From Nitrosopumilus sp. (GTDB taxonomy: Archaea; Thermoproteota; Nitrososphaeria; Nitrososphaerales; Nitrosopumilaceae): DNA of 64,000 nt. A program made the position numbers and the translations under genes. The notes below the pieces were generated by a model. The model saw only the letters and a list, made by a program, of their open reading frames with translations. It was not told where the DNA came from and ran no database searches. The stretch is taken from positions 256,001 through 320,000 of the forward strand of contig OZ244650.1 in NCBI GenBank assembly GCA_965218785.1, given 5' to 3'. Positions 51,227-61,043 of this stretch are shown here, one piece after another; the first letter of the stretch is position 1, and every line of letters begins with the position of its first letter.

Positions 51227-52021
51227 CTAGCTACCAAACATGGATGTTATGATGTCACTTACTTTTTGATATTCTATGTCTCCCCACTGTGTGTAGACAT
51301 TTCCAAAGACAAACTTTGCGGCATCTTTTGCATCCATTCCCTTATCTAGTAATTTTCCAAATGCAATAGTCTCCCTTAAACTGGGGGAATAAAATAATTC
51401 TTCAACTGCGGCTGCCTGCCTTAATACATTTGCTAGTTTTATTGCTTGAATGATCTCTGATTCGTGTTCCCCGATAACGTGTTTTTTCACAATTTCCAGC
51501 TCTATGCCTTCCGGAGGATATTCAAGTCTGATTCGTATTGGGAATCTGCTTAGTATCTGTGGTGGAAGTTCCTTTGTGCCACTATGTGTTAATGGGTTTA
51601 TCGTTGCAACTACAAACCAACCTTCTTTTGCATTGATCATCTCTCCTGCCGATTCCTTTAGTGCAATCTGCCGTCTGTCATCTAATGCCTCATCTAGTCT
51701 AAGTAAGACATCTGCCTCTGCCGAATTGATTTCATCCAAGTAAAGCATGTCCCCCTCCCTCATCGATTTTATCAACAGCCCCTCATCAAAACTCACGGTT
51801 CCATTCTTCATCGTCTTTGTTCCCACCAGGTGGCTCTCTCTGGTTCTAAGGCTAAAATTAATGGACTCTAGATTCACATTCTTGCTTTTGGCAAAATCCC
51901 TGACCAGGGACGTCTTTCCGGTTCCCTTTGGTCCTATAATGAGCACAAAAAGATCTGCCTCATATGCCTTGTTTAGAATTTCAATTGAATTGTTCCAGTC
52001 CAGATACCGTATTTCTTCCAA
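51227..52021 (-). CDS. MoxR-type AAA+ ATPase (CbbQ/NirQ/NorQ family)
   Basis: GPKGTGKT, LYLDEIN, ATINP...GTKELP..ILSRF, SPSLRE. Confidence 0.9.
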   Translation of the reverse strand: MEEIRYLDWNNSIEILNKAYEADLFVLIIGPKGTGKTSLVRDFAKSKNVNLESINFSLRTRESHLVGTKTMKNGTVSFDEGLLIKSMREGDMLYLDEINSAEADVLLRLDEALDDRRQIALKESAGEMINAKEGWFVVATINPLTHSGTKELPPQILSRFPIRIRLEYPPEGIELEIVKKHVIGEHESEIIQAIKLANVLRQAAAVEELFYSPSLRETIAFGKLLDKGMDAKDAAKFVFGNVYTQWGDIEYQKVSDIITSMFGS

Positions 52022-52059
52022 AGCATGTTTTCATGGGTTTCAACAATATTTAATTAGAT

Positions 52060-53517
52060 CTAATTTCCAAATGCCTCTACTTTTGCAAACGCCGCATCCA
52101 TTCTCTGGTGTAATATCTCATGCCATTTATCAAAACCGGCAGGAGTCTTTGGATAACTGTTGTAATGCTCTACCAACCATTGATTTTCTTTTGATGTAAA
52201 TCTGAGGCCATCTGCTACAGTCTTGTTCATTGCGCCTCTGATGATCATCCCAATCTTGCCCAAGCCAGAAAAGTCAGGATGCTCACCCTTGCTGATTGAT
52301 TCAACATCAAGATTTCCCAGAAAATGCTTCATGCCATAACTAATCTGCTCGTTACTCATTTGCTGTACGAGTCTTCTAAAAAGTTCAAGACCCGCGGTTT
52401 TGTATCCGTACTCTTTGATAAAATCAAGGTTGTATTGCCAGAGGCCTGCCTCTGAAACATCATCTGCTTCAAATGCCTGGGCTATATTGTTTCCAATAAG
52501 CGTTCCTGCAATTAATGCCGGCCCAATTCCGCCTGCGTCAATTGGTTTTGGCATCCATGCAGAATCCCCGACTAGCATGTATCCTCCTGATACCATGCAA
52601 TCATTTTGTCTTCTTACTGAAACCTGGAAGATTCCGGAATTGTTGTTGGCATCCTCCGGATCTTCTGATAATCTTGCATTCTTGATTGCCTTATTTCTAA
52701 CAAGATACTCTTCCATTAATGACTGCACGTTGTCTTTCTTACCCAGTCTTTTGTTTCGTCTTTCTAAAAATGATTTTTCAACCCCCAAGCCGATGTTGAC
52801 TTTGTTGTCTGCTTTAGGAAATACCCATCCATATCCGCCAGGTGCAATGTCCTGATCTAAATGGATTATACAATAATCAGAATCAAACTCTGAAAGATCT
52901 TTTTGGTCTTGATCAAAATACATGATGTACCTGCCGGTGGATTCCAAATCCTGCCTGTCTATTCTTTTTTCTACCTTGGTGGAGTTTTGTAGTCCGTTTC
53001 TAAGCACCGATGTTACCCCTGTTGCATCAACAACAAGCTTTGCCGTTTTTTTGAAGGGCTGTTTTATCTTGTTGTCAATTCCTTTAACGCCAACTGTTTG
53101 CAGTCCCTCGTAAATCAAACCTGTAAGATTTATCTCAAATTCAAACTCAATTCCTGCCTTTCTGCATCTCTCATTTTGAATCTCTGGAAGTTTTTGACGA
53201 TTCAGCATGTATCCTGCCCCGTCAAAGGGAATTGCAGTCTCTCTATCTGGCGAAAATGCCATGACCCCCTTTACATCATGTTCGATTTCCGGCCTGGTCC
53301 ATTCAACTTTGATTCCCTTTGACATGAAATCCACTGCCTCCTTGGAGCATGCATCACCGCACACCCAGCCTGCCAATGATTTTCTACCAGGCAAAAACTC
53401 TGAATTTCTATCAACAATTAATATCTTCAAATTTTGATTTGAATAGTGGGAGATTGCCTGAGCCGTGATGGTACCTGCAAGACCTCCTCCTGCAACTATA
53501 ACGTCATAATCTGCCAC
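52060..53517 (-). CDS. Geranylgeranyl reductase family FAD oxidoreductase
   Basis: GGGLAG, CGDA, DATG, PGGYGWVFPK, GDSA...P..AGGI. Confidence 0.88.
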   Translation of the reverse strand: MADYDVIVAGGGLAGTITAQAISHYSNQNLKILIVDRNSEFLPGRKSLAGWVCGDACSKEAVDFMSKGIKVEWTRPEIEHDVKGVMAFSPDRETAIPFDGAGYMLNRQKLPEIQNERCRKAGIEFEFEINLTGLIYEGLQTVGVKGIDNKIKQPFKKTAKLVVDATGVTSVLRNGLQNSTKVEKRIDRQDLESTGRYIMYFDQDQKDLSEFDSDYCIIHLDQDIAPGGYGWVFPKADNKVNIGLGVEKSFLERRNKRLGKKDNVQSLMEEYLVRNKAIKNARLSEDPEDANNNSGIFQVSVRRQNDCMVSGGYMLVGDSAWMPKPIDAGGIGPALIAGTLIGNNIAQAFEADDVSEAGLWQYNLDFIKEYGYKTAGLELFRRLVQQMSNEQISYGMKHFLGNLDVESISKGEHPDFSGLGKIGMIIRGAMNKTVADGLRFTSKENQWLVEHYNSYPKTPAGFDKWHEILHQRMDAAFAKVEAFGN

Positions 53518-53594
53518 GATAGTCAGGTTTGTCCATCCGTATTTAAAATAATACTATGACAAGACGGATTTCGTGACAAACTAGTTGATTCAAA

Positions 53595-53665
53595 TGGGGT
53601 CGGTTCGTCGCGGCGTCTTCATGGCTTTCGCTCAGACTGGAGCGGCTATTATTTCCTCATTCCCA
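53595..53665 (-). ncRNA. Probable box C/D methylation-guide sRNA
   Basis: Minus strand: TGGG-A-ATGAGGA (C)-AATAATAGCCGCTCCAGT-CTGA (D')-GCGAAAGC-C-ATGAAGA (C')-CGCCGCGACGAA-CCGA (D)-C-CCCA. Terminal stem, GNRA loop, and box variants that preserve pairing. Confidence 0.72.
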
Positions 53666-53692
53666 ATGAATAAACCTGTCATTCCTATTTAA

Positions 53693-54118
53693 TTAGTTGG
53701 AAATTTGAAAAATTTCTGTAAATATTCTGACCGTATCTTTTTTGTTGTAAATCGGGGTGTGAATTCTTAATTTTATTGCGTCTTTTTCTCCAAATACGAG
53801 GTTTCCCCTGATTAGTTCTTGCTTGTCTAATCTCATATGAAATCTGGAATCTACGGTCCGCTCATCAATTTCTTCAATTAATTGACTGATTTGCTCGTCT
53901 GATAACAACTCGAGGAGTCTTCTCATAAAATTCTGGGCATCTTTTTTTACAATTTTTGCATTTAGCATGATTATCGGGTTCTCAAAATGTCCTGCAGTCT
54001 CCTCAACTGTGAAAACCTTCCCTTCAAGATTTAATGCCTCAAAAGATTGGAATATCTTTGAAATATCTTCAGTTGCATGAATGATTACATCAACTTCTAC
54101 TTTTATCTTCCCAACCAT
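53693..54118 (-). CDS. RNA-binding protein (DUF54-like)
   Basis: HATED..K, GHFENPI, F.MRLDKQ. Confidence 0.85.
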   Translation of the reverse strand: MVGKIKVEVDVIIHATEDISKIFQSFEALNLEGKVFTVEETAGHFENPIIMLNAKIVKKDAQNFMRRLLELLSDEQISQLIEEIDERTVDSRFHMRLDKQELIRGNLVFGEKDAIKLRIHTPIYNKKDTVRIFTEIFQISN

Positions 54119-54142
54119 GATTGTAAAACAATAATCTTTTGT

Positions 54143-54754
54143 TTATGCTTCTAGCAGTATTGTTTCTTTCTCTGCGGTTCTGATGAGCTTGACTTTCTCA
54201 AGACCTACATGTCTTACTCTGATAACCTTCTTGAATGCTGCCATGATATCCGAATTAATCTTGCTATAACAGGTAGCTTGTACGAATTGTTCGACTGTCA
54301 TATCCGGAATCGTCTTGTTAATCACATCTTTTGCAATTAACCTAAGAGCATGTTTTCTAGATGTGTTTAACGGTCTATGGGTTAGAGCGATTATCTTGAT
54401 TCTAAAGATATACCCATCCTTGGTTTTGATATCGATAATAAAATTGATTTTTGATGAGCCACGTCTAACCAGGCTACGCAGAAATTCTTTTGAATATTCA
54501 AATCTCTTGAAAATTGTTGTCGCCTTTTCCCCATCAACATTGTTAATTTGGAAGTAAATTTTGTATTGATGCTGTGAAGGATCGCCCTTTAGAATGTCGT
54601 AAAGTGTTACCTCGATAATTCTACCCTTTGCATTTTCATCACTGGTAATTGGAACATAACCGATTGGAACATTGTTAAAAGAGTCCGGGGCATTTACTGT
54701 AATCCAGCGTTTCTCCCTCCACTTGTCCTTTACTCGACCTTTTCTACGTGCCAA
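54143..54754 (-). CDS. rps3ae: 30S ribosomal protein S3Ae (eS1)
   Basis: VKDKWREKRW...AP..F, GRI.EVTL.D, RSLVRRG.SKI. Confidence 0.95.
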   Translation of the reverse strand: MARRKGRVKDKWREKRWITVNAPDSFNNVPIGYVPITSDENAKGRIIEVTLYDILKGDPSQHQYKIYFQINNVDGEKATTIFKRFEYSKEFLRSLVRRGSSKINFIIDIKTKDGYIFRIKIIALTHRPLNTSRKHALRLIAKDVINKTIPDMTVEQFVQATCYSKINSDIMAAFKKVIRVRHVGLEKVKLIRTAEKETILLEA

Positions 54755-54792
54755 TTATTATCGACCTTTGAACCCAAAATATAAGGGTGTTG

Positions 54793-56058
54793 CTAGATCT
54801 CTTTCTGATCTCCCATGTAACTCTGTAAAACCCGGGGAATTCTGATGTGACCGTCTTTTGTTTGGAAATTTTCCATCATGGAGACTAGAACTCTGGTTGT
54901 GGCAACAAGAGTGCTGTTTAGCGTATGCAAATACTGCGTATCCTCATTTGTCTTGTCCCTGAATCTTATCTTCAGCCTCCTTGCCTGAAAATCCAAACAA
55001 TTTGAACAGGACACAATTTCCCTGTAGGCATTTTGTCCTGCCATCCACGCCTCAATATCGTACGTCTTTGCTGAAACTTTTCCCATATCCCCCGAGGAGA
55101 GAAGCATCACTTTGTGTGCAATGCCCAAGTTCTGATAAAATTCTTCGGCAACTGATAGCATCTTTTCATGCTCGTTCCAAGAATCCTCCGGTCTTGAGAA
55201 TACAAACTGTTCAATTTTGTCAAATTGATGTACTCTGAAAATCCCCTTTTGGTCCCTGCCGTGCGCACCTGCCTCCTTTCTAAAACACGGACTGACACCG
55301 GCATACCTGATTGGCAGATCCCTGCCATCGATGATCTCTTTTGAATGCATGGCTGCCATGGCATGTTCGGATGTTCCAATCATGTATAGATCCTCGTCCT
55401 CAACTTTGTAGATGACTTCTTCAAAATCATCTGCGATGACTGCCCCCTGCATTGATTCCTGATTGATCATGTATGGCGGCTGAACAAGCGAGTATCTTTT
55501 TTCTGCCAAAAAGTCTAGCGCGTAGTGAATTAGTGATTGATTCAGTCTTACCAGATCATTTTTTAGATAATAGAATCTGGCACCTGCTACTTTTGCAGCT
55601 CGCCGCAGATCTACTAGATCCAAATTTTCAGCAATATCAATGTGATCATTTATTTTAAAATCAAAATCCGGGACGGTCCCCCATTTTCTTATTTCCTTGT
55701 TGGCAGTTTCATCTACCCCAACTGGAACTGATTTGTGGAGAAGATTTGGAATTGTCAATGCCAGTTTGGAATATTTACTTTCTACGGTTTCTTGTTCTGC
55801 TTCTAATTTTACAAGCTCATCTCCGGTTTTTTTCATCTCTCCTAAAATTAATGATGCATCTTGGCCTGCCTTCTTTTTTTGTGAAATCTCCAAAGCTACG
55901 TGATTTTTCTTTTTTCTTAATTCATCGGTTTTGATGATGAGTTCGCGCCTTTTTTGATCAAACCGCACCAGTCCGTCCAAATCAAAGTCTACAGATCTTG
56001 CCTTGAGCATGTCTCGAATAATCTGTGGTTTTTCTTTGATTAATTTTGGATCCAGCAT
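54793..56058 (-). CDS. serS: Serine--tRNA ligase
   Basis: N-terminal coiled coil, GTSE, FRKEAG..GRD.KGIFRVHQF.K.E, EIVSCSNC, HTLNST. Confidence 0.97.
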   Translation of the reverse strand: MLDPKLIKEKPQIIRDMLKARSVDFDLDGLVRFDQKRRELIIKTDELRKKKNHVALEISQKKKAGQDASLILGEMKKTGDELVKLEAEQETVESKYSKLALTIPNLLHKSVPVGVDETANKEIRKWGTVPDFDFKINDHIDIAENLDLVDLRRAAKVAGARFYYLKNDLVRLNQSLIHYALDFLAEKRYSLVQPPYMINQESMQGAVIADDFEEVIYKVEDEDLYMIGTSEHAMAAMHSKEIIDGRDLPIRYAGVSPCFRKEAGAHGRDQKGIFRVHQFDKIEQFVFSRPEDSWNEHEKMLSVAEEFYQNLGIAHKVMLLSSGDMGKVSAKTYDIEAWMAGQNAYREIVSCSNCLDFQARRLKIRFRDKTNEDTQYLHTLNSTLVATTRVLVSMMENFQTKDGHIRIPRVLQSYMGDQKEI

Positions 56059-56301
56059 TTATTCAATCACCTTTAATGCGACCTGGATGTGTTCTAATAC
56101 TTCATCAATGGTTCCAATAAGCTGCTTCATATTCTCCTCACATTCAAAATTAAAAACTAGCTTGTTATCAATATTTTCAACATAAAGACTCAGTCCCTGT
56201 GGAAAATTTACATTATCAGGCTCTAATGCCTTTTTGACAGTTTCTGCCTTTTCTCTTGGTAAGTTATTGAGAACTACCTGTACTTGACACGTTAACGACA
56301 T
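56059..56301 (-). CDS. pcc1: KEOPS subunit Pcc1
   Basis: 80 aa, AL.PDN motif; usual position between the DHH gene and serS. Confidence 0.75.
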   Translation of the reverse strand: MSLTCQVQVVLNNLPREKAETVKKALEPDNVNFPQGLSLYVENIDNKLVFNFECEENMKQLIGTIDEVLEHIQVALKVIE

Positions 56302-57685
56302 TTACTTCTAGATAGTTCAAAAAGTCATCTAATTTGTCTTTAGTTATTTTTGCCCCGGCCGCTGCGTTATGACCTCCTCCGATGCCGTCAAACTTTTCAG
56401 CCCCCACCCTCATTAGATCGCTTAGATTGATCTCAGATTTACAGCCAAACGATTTTCTTGATGAGAATTTTATCGTGTTTTCTTCGGCCTTGGTTCTAAG
56501 AATTACAATTTTTCCAGCATTTTTTGGCGCCCCGGCAATCAGTGATGAAATCGTTCCAGTCATCGTTTCTGGAACTATATCCTCGCCATTTACCATGACA
56601 CATGTCTCACTTTCAGAGATCCTCCACCGTTCATTTGATAAAATACTCATGTATTCACGAATCATCTTTCTATACTGTGTCAGAATGGTTTCTCCTTCTC
56701 TTAGGATCTTGTTTCTGTCTCCCATGCATATTGCCATTCCAACACCTGAACGATTGATTCTCCCACACGAGTTTAGCATGGTTGAAAATTCCCTTCCATC
56801 TCTTAGGAAACTTCTTTTGTCCTCTTTTGGAAATGTGTAGGTATACCCAATTAATTCTGACATTATTTCGGTGGCATTTTTTCCAGAAGCAAACTTTGTG
56901 ATTGATTCAATTACCAGTCTTTTTTCCTCCTCATCTAATTCTGCAGGAACCCTCCATCTCCCTTCGTCCTTTAATTGAATTCCCGATGAATCTAGTAGCG
57001 CAAGACATGCATCCCGGTTCCAAGTCAGACCCTCGATAAATGGCTGCGAAGTAAATCCAAGGGCGTCTGGAAGCGGCCTTGTCTCTCTTCCGACTAGTAA
57101 TAAATCCAAATCAATATCTACCAGACCCAGTTCTTTGGCAGTGTTTGCAATCTCAAAGTTCTTGCCCGTAAATGATTTTCTTTCTCCCTGGTCTTGTCTG
57201 TCTCCTAATGCAGAAACAACTGCTATTGCTGATAAATCAGAATTTCTTTCATCAAGTGCAGTTGATGCAAGGTATGCCATCCCACCGGCGCAAATCTCAG
57301 TTCCTCCATCCATCCCATATTTCCAGGCATTGATTACATTTTGATTATCCAACTCCTCATCTGGAATCTGATGATGGTCCAAGACAACCCAGTTATCTCC
57401 CAGGACTTCGTTTAGATTCCTTGCAAATCCTCCTCCCAAATCTGTCACTATGTGAAAATCCCTGGAATCTGTCTTGAAAGACTCTGCTACATTTTTACTA
57501 AATTCTTTTGATGTTCTAACGGTACATTTTGCTCCTGCCCTGATTAGGGCCTTGGTGATGATACTTCCGGATGTAAGCCCATCACAATCAATATGGGTGG
57601 TCACAAAAATTGATTTTCTGGATTTTATACAATCTGAAATTCTATCCTTGAAAAATGAAAGCGACTCATCAAGTGATTTTGCCAT
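56264..57685 (-). CDS. DHH-family phosphoesterase (RecJ-like)
   Basis: HIDCDG, TDLG, LDHH, GDRQD, GGGHNAAAG (DHHA1). Confidence 0.92.
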   Translation of the reverse strand: MAKSLDESLSFFKDRISDCIKSRKSIFVTTHIDCDGLTSGSIITKALIRAGAKCTVRTSKEFSKNVAESFKTDSRDFHIVTDLGGGFARNLNEVLGDNWVVLDHHQIPDEELDNQNVINAWKYGMDGGTEICAGGMAYLASTALDERNSDLSAIAVVSALGDRQDQGERKSFTGKNFEIANTAKELGLVDIDLDLLLVGRETRPLPDALGFTSQPFIEGLTWNRDACLALLDSSGIQLKDEGRWRVPAELDEEEKRLVIESITKFASGKNATEIMSELIGYTYTFPKEDKRSFLRDGREFSTMLNSCGRINRSGVGMAICMGDRNKILREGETILTQYRKMIREYMSILSNERWRISESETCVMVNGEDIVPETMTGTISSLIAGAPKNAGKIVILRTKAEENTIKFSSRKSFGCKSEINLSDLMRVGAEKFDGIGGGHNAAAGAKITKDKLDDFLNYLEVNVVNVSSTGSSQ

Positions 57686-58134
57686 TACTCTAGTTGAGCA
57701 ACTACTGATTTATATTTCCAGTTTTTAGGAATTCTTTGAATTCTTTTATAGTATACTGATAACCTGTGAACTTTGGCCTCAATCAATTCCAGGGATCTTA
57801 CGTTTCTTCTGTCTCCTTTGTTTGCCTTTAGATGTTTTTGGAGACCCACTGCTTTTTTGACAATATTTTCAAGATCTTCTGGCATTTCTGGTTTCAAATC
57901 ATTTTCTTCTAAAACCTCACCGATGCTTTTTTTGATAATTGGTTTGATTAGGGGAATCGAGTGTTGATCTCTTAATTTAATTCCAATCTGACTGGGAGTC
58001 AACCCTTCTTTAGAATACTTTATCACCAGTTCTTCAATTTCTTTGGGGCTCTGGGTTATCCAGGAAGGCACACGCAGCGTAGCTGGTCTGATAGAGTGTG
58101 ACTTTCCATGTCTGTGCGTATGCATTCGACCCAT
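57685..58134 (-). CDS. rps15: 30S ribosomal protein S15 (uS15/S13e)
   Basis: MGRMH....GKSHS.RP, PSQIG..LRDQH, PEDL.N, LIEAKVHRL..YYK. Confidence 0.97.
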   Translation of the reverse strand: MGRMHTHRHGKSHSIRPATLRVPSWITQSPKEIEELVIKYSKEGLTPSQIGIKLRDQHSIPLIKPIIKKSIGEVLEENDLKPEMPEDLENIVKKAVGLQKHLKANKGDRRNVRSLELIEAKVHRLSVYYKRIQRIPKNWKYKSVVAQLE

Positions 58135-58277
58135 GATTTGGCTGATTTTAGAACAGAATTAAATGTTACTTTGAGCATTCACTCTTGTGCATTATACTAG
58201 CAATCCAACTGATCCGGTACAAAAATGTCTGACTTTTCTCTCTCATGATTAATCTAATCGATCCTGTTTATACAAAA

Positions 58278-59084
58278 TTACCTTCGCTTTAGATAATTAG
58301 ACAAAATCTCATCTGCCATCTCTGGGGCCTCGATATCCTTTTTCATGGCCATACTGCGCAATTTCCTGGCATTGCTCTTGTTTAATGAAATGGTAACTTT
58401 TTGCTGTAACAGTCCTGCCCTTGCTCTTTTGAGCAGTTTGGGATGTGATGACTTTGGACTCCTAGACAAACAACGAAGATACTCTTTTCTTAGTTTCTGT
58501 TCTAGTGGAATTACCCTTTCTGCTATTTTTACAGCCTTTGGAATATTTGAAACTATTTGATATAGCCTGCTTACATCATCACGGGACAGCTCCTTTGGCA
58601 CGTACTGCCTTAGCTTGTCTGGAACTGCGGCAAACCCGAGATATTTCTTGAGGGTTTGTGATGAGATTCCCAAAGATTTTGCAGCCTTTGCCTTGCCGAG
58701 TGATTCTGTCAGGAACACGCAAGCTCCAGTCATGTCCTTTGTATTCATCTTGTTGCGGTGCAAATTCTCAACTACTGATGCTGCCTTTGCATCCTCCAGG
58801 TCATATCTTGTATTTTGAGTCAACAGTAATACGGGAATTTTTTTCGCACCCAGTCTTTTTAGTGCCGCAAGCCTTCTCTGACCGGACATCAGCAGGTACG
58901 AGTTTTTTGATTCCTTTTGGACCATGGGAGGATTCTGCAGTCCATCGTTTTTGATGGATTTTGCAAGCTCTGCTATTCCGTCCCTGTCTAACTTTCTTGC
59001 TTGGGCATCACGCCACACCTTGATATGCTTTATCGGGATCTCTTTTAGACGGTAGGATATTGGAGAAGAATAGCGTCTTGCCAC
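58278..59084 (-). CDS. ParB/Spo0J-family protein without adjacent ParA
   Basis: ELAKSIK..GL.NP..V, SGQRR, ENLHR, HTH AAKSLGISSQTL; GTG start. Confidence 0.88.
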   Translation of the reverse strand: MARRYSSPISYRLKEIPIKHIKVWRDAQARKLDRDGIAELAKSIKNDGLQNPPMVQKESKNSYLLMSGQRRLAALKRLGAKKIPVLLLTQNTRYDLEDAKAASVVENLHRNKMNTKDMTGACVFLTESLGKAKAAKSLGISSQTLKKYLGFAAVPDKLRQYVPKELSRDDVSRLYQIVSNIPKAVKIAERVIPLEQKLRKEYLRCLSRSPKSSHPKLLKRARAGLLQQKVTISLNKSNARKLRSMAMKKDIEAPEMADEILSNYLKRR

Positions 59085-59451
59085 AAATTTGTGATGGTGG
59101 CATTAATGTTAAATGAGAGTGATATGACATAGTTGACAAAATGAAAAATTCATTTTATTTTATCTGACCTGCATTTCTTGTCAACGGGTTTTACCTGATG
59201 ATCCCCACCCTCTCTTTTTGAACTTGCTTTACAGCTGTAATTTTAGTACTTTTTGGAATTAATTGCAGACAAACAAAGATTATCTGCTTTGTCGTTTCCA
59301 GTATTATGATGGTCTGCATTAAGGTCAATTATGCGAAAAACGGATCGGTCTGGGATGAAGGACCAATAACTGATTATTATTAGATCACCAAAAAAGATGG
59401 TCGCATTTAATGGCAGGACTCAAGCCTCTGATAGTTTTCCAACAAATAATC

Positions 59452-59540
59452 GCAAAACCGGCTGAAAATCGTATCTTGAGCGCTTTATGGATAAAATTGG
59501 GGCAAATACCTCTTTTAGTTGCAAAACCGGCTGAAAATCG
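59452..59540 (+). repeat. Perfect 20-bp direct repeat pair
   Basis: GCAAAACCGGCTGAAAATCG at 59452-59471 and 59521-59540. Confidence 0.9.
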
Positions 59541-59637
59541 GTGCCTCGCGCCCCTCTGATCTCGTATAATGTCGAAATTCGGGGTTAGAATAAAAGTTAA
59601 ATAAGTCTCTGCATCCAAAATGAACAGGTAAATCGAT

Positions 59638-59970
59638 ATGAATACAAAAATACTTTTGACAACAACCATGTTGGCTGTATTTTTCTTCGGCGCTATCGGT
59701 GCAGCATCAATTGCATTTGCCCAATACATGGGCAACGTTGGTGGCGCGGGAGAAACCGGATCTTACACATTAGAAGAAGCACTCGAGATTCAACGTAGAA
59801 GAATCGAGGCTGTTCAAGAATATCCAAACACTGGATCTGGAACCCCATATCTTGATGCAGATGGTGTAGGCGGCGCTGCCGCTATTTCAGCTGTAGTCTT
59901 TGGTGGTATTGCAGGTGCTTTACTACTTAAAGGAAGATCGGGCAAATACGCAGCAATGGGTAGAGGATAA
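59638..59970 (+). CDS. amoZ: Conserved AOA membrane protein, probable AMO subunit AmoZ
   Basis: Signal peptide, short soluble part, C-terminal TM; lies next to the amo cluster. The Y/Z assignment is from recall and could be swapped. Confidence 0.5.
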   Translation: MNTKILLTTTMLAVFFFGAIGAASIAFAQYMGNVGGAGETGSYTLEEALEIQRRRIEAVQEYPNTGSGTPYLDADGVGGAAAISAVVFGGIAGALLLKGRSGKYAAMGRG

Positions 59971-60078
59971 AACCCCACTTTTCTCTTATTTTATTAATCG
60001 CCTCTAGTGTATACTGATCTCGTCTTTTTTAATAATAAAGGAAATGTATATATCGCACAAATAGAGCCAAAATATACA

Positions 60079-60348
60079 ATGACTCCTATCATAGGAACTT
60101 TCCTTAGCATCCTGTCATCAATTACAGGACAACTGGGACCAAACTATGATCCATTATTCTACGATGTAATGATTTACATCTTCGGAACCATCATGTTCAC
60201 AGTATTCCTTCTTGGAATCATCTCATTCTGGTTGCGTGTACACGGATGGGCTTACAAAGACAATCGTGAGAGATGGGTTGATGAATTGGACAGACATTTT
60301 GAAAGAGAAGGTATTGGCCTGATTCCAGACAACGGCAAATACTGGTAA
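60079..60348 (+). CDS. amoY: Conserved AOA single-TM protein, probable AMO subunit AmoY
   Basis: ATG 60079 preceded by a tatata box; one TM helix followed by HGWAY; next to the amo cluster. The Y/Z assignment is from recall. Confidence 0.5.
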   Translation: MTPIIGTFLSILSSITGQLGPNYDPLFYDVMIYIFGTIMFTVFLLGIISFWLRVHGWAYKDNRERWVDELDRHFEREGIGLIPDNGKYW

Positions 60349-60440
60349 ACTTTCTTCTTCTTTTCATTATTTTTAAAATTCCGTGCTACTGAAAGTAGTT
60401 TCAGTAATTGAGCAAACTTTATTTTTTTTATCTGGAAACT

Positions 60441-61043
60441 CTAATTTTCAGGTGGAAGAAAATCGCTGTCTTGTGATGCATCATAGTCCTGTTTGGGTGG
60501 AAGAAAATCTTGGTCTTTTGATGTATCATAATCCTTTGAAGTAAACACTCCCTTGTAGTGATATCCCTCCTGTAATGGATGATTGATGAAATGGGGCGAC
60601 TCTTTACCATTGACGTACATTGTTGATTTGCTCTGCTCCATATCTCTTAGAGGAAAGTCCCACATCCACAAAAAGTGGCCTATCTGAAATTGATATTCTT
60701 CTATCCATTCCACATAAATCGTTCCGTCATTAGTCAGGGTGTACATGGTCCTGTGACAATTCCCATCGTTTAATCCTATGTTGGCTGGAATGTCTGCTTT
60801 TTCACCATCAATTATGATTTCTAGTGTTGCCTTGATCTTGTATGGCGTCTCCTTGTCATTTATGCAAACTTTCAGAGGATCATTTTGGCTAAACTGGCCT
60901 TGAATTAGACTGCTTGTTGCACCTACCGAAATTGCGATAACTGCAGTGATCACTAGGAATTTTATTGTTTTCTTGCGTTTTGTTGGATCTCCCATTCCAG
61001 GCCAAATCATTGTGATGACTTTGATTATGTCCCTTAAAGTCAT
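60441..61043 (-). CDS. Conserved hypothetical membrane-anchored protein downstream of amoB
   Basis: N-terminal TM, IPANIG...C...YT...DG.IY motif; short duplicated acidic tail (DFLPP x2). Confidence 0.75.
   Translation of the reverse strand: MTLRDIIKVITMIWPGMGDPTKRKKTIKFLVITAVIAISVGATSSLIQGQFSQNDPLKVCINDKETPYKIKATLEIIIDGEKADIPANIGLNDGNCHRTMYTLTNDGTIYVEWIEEYQFQIGHFLWMWDFPLRDMEQSKSTMYVNGKESPHFINHPLQEGYHYKGVFTSKDYDTSKDQDFLPPKQDYDASQDSDFLPPEN

Noticed and set aside
59452-59540. Mini-CRISPR interpretation of the 20-bp direct repeats
   Set aside because: Only two copies, the repeat is short, the 49-bp spacer is long, and no cas genes are in the window.
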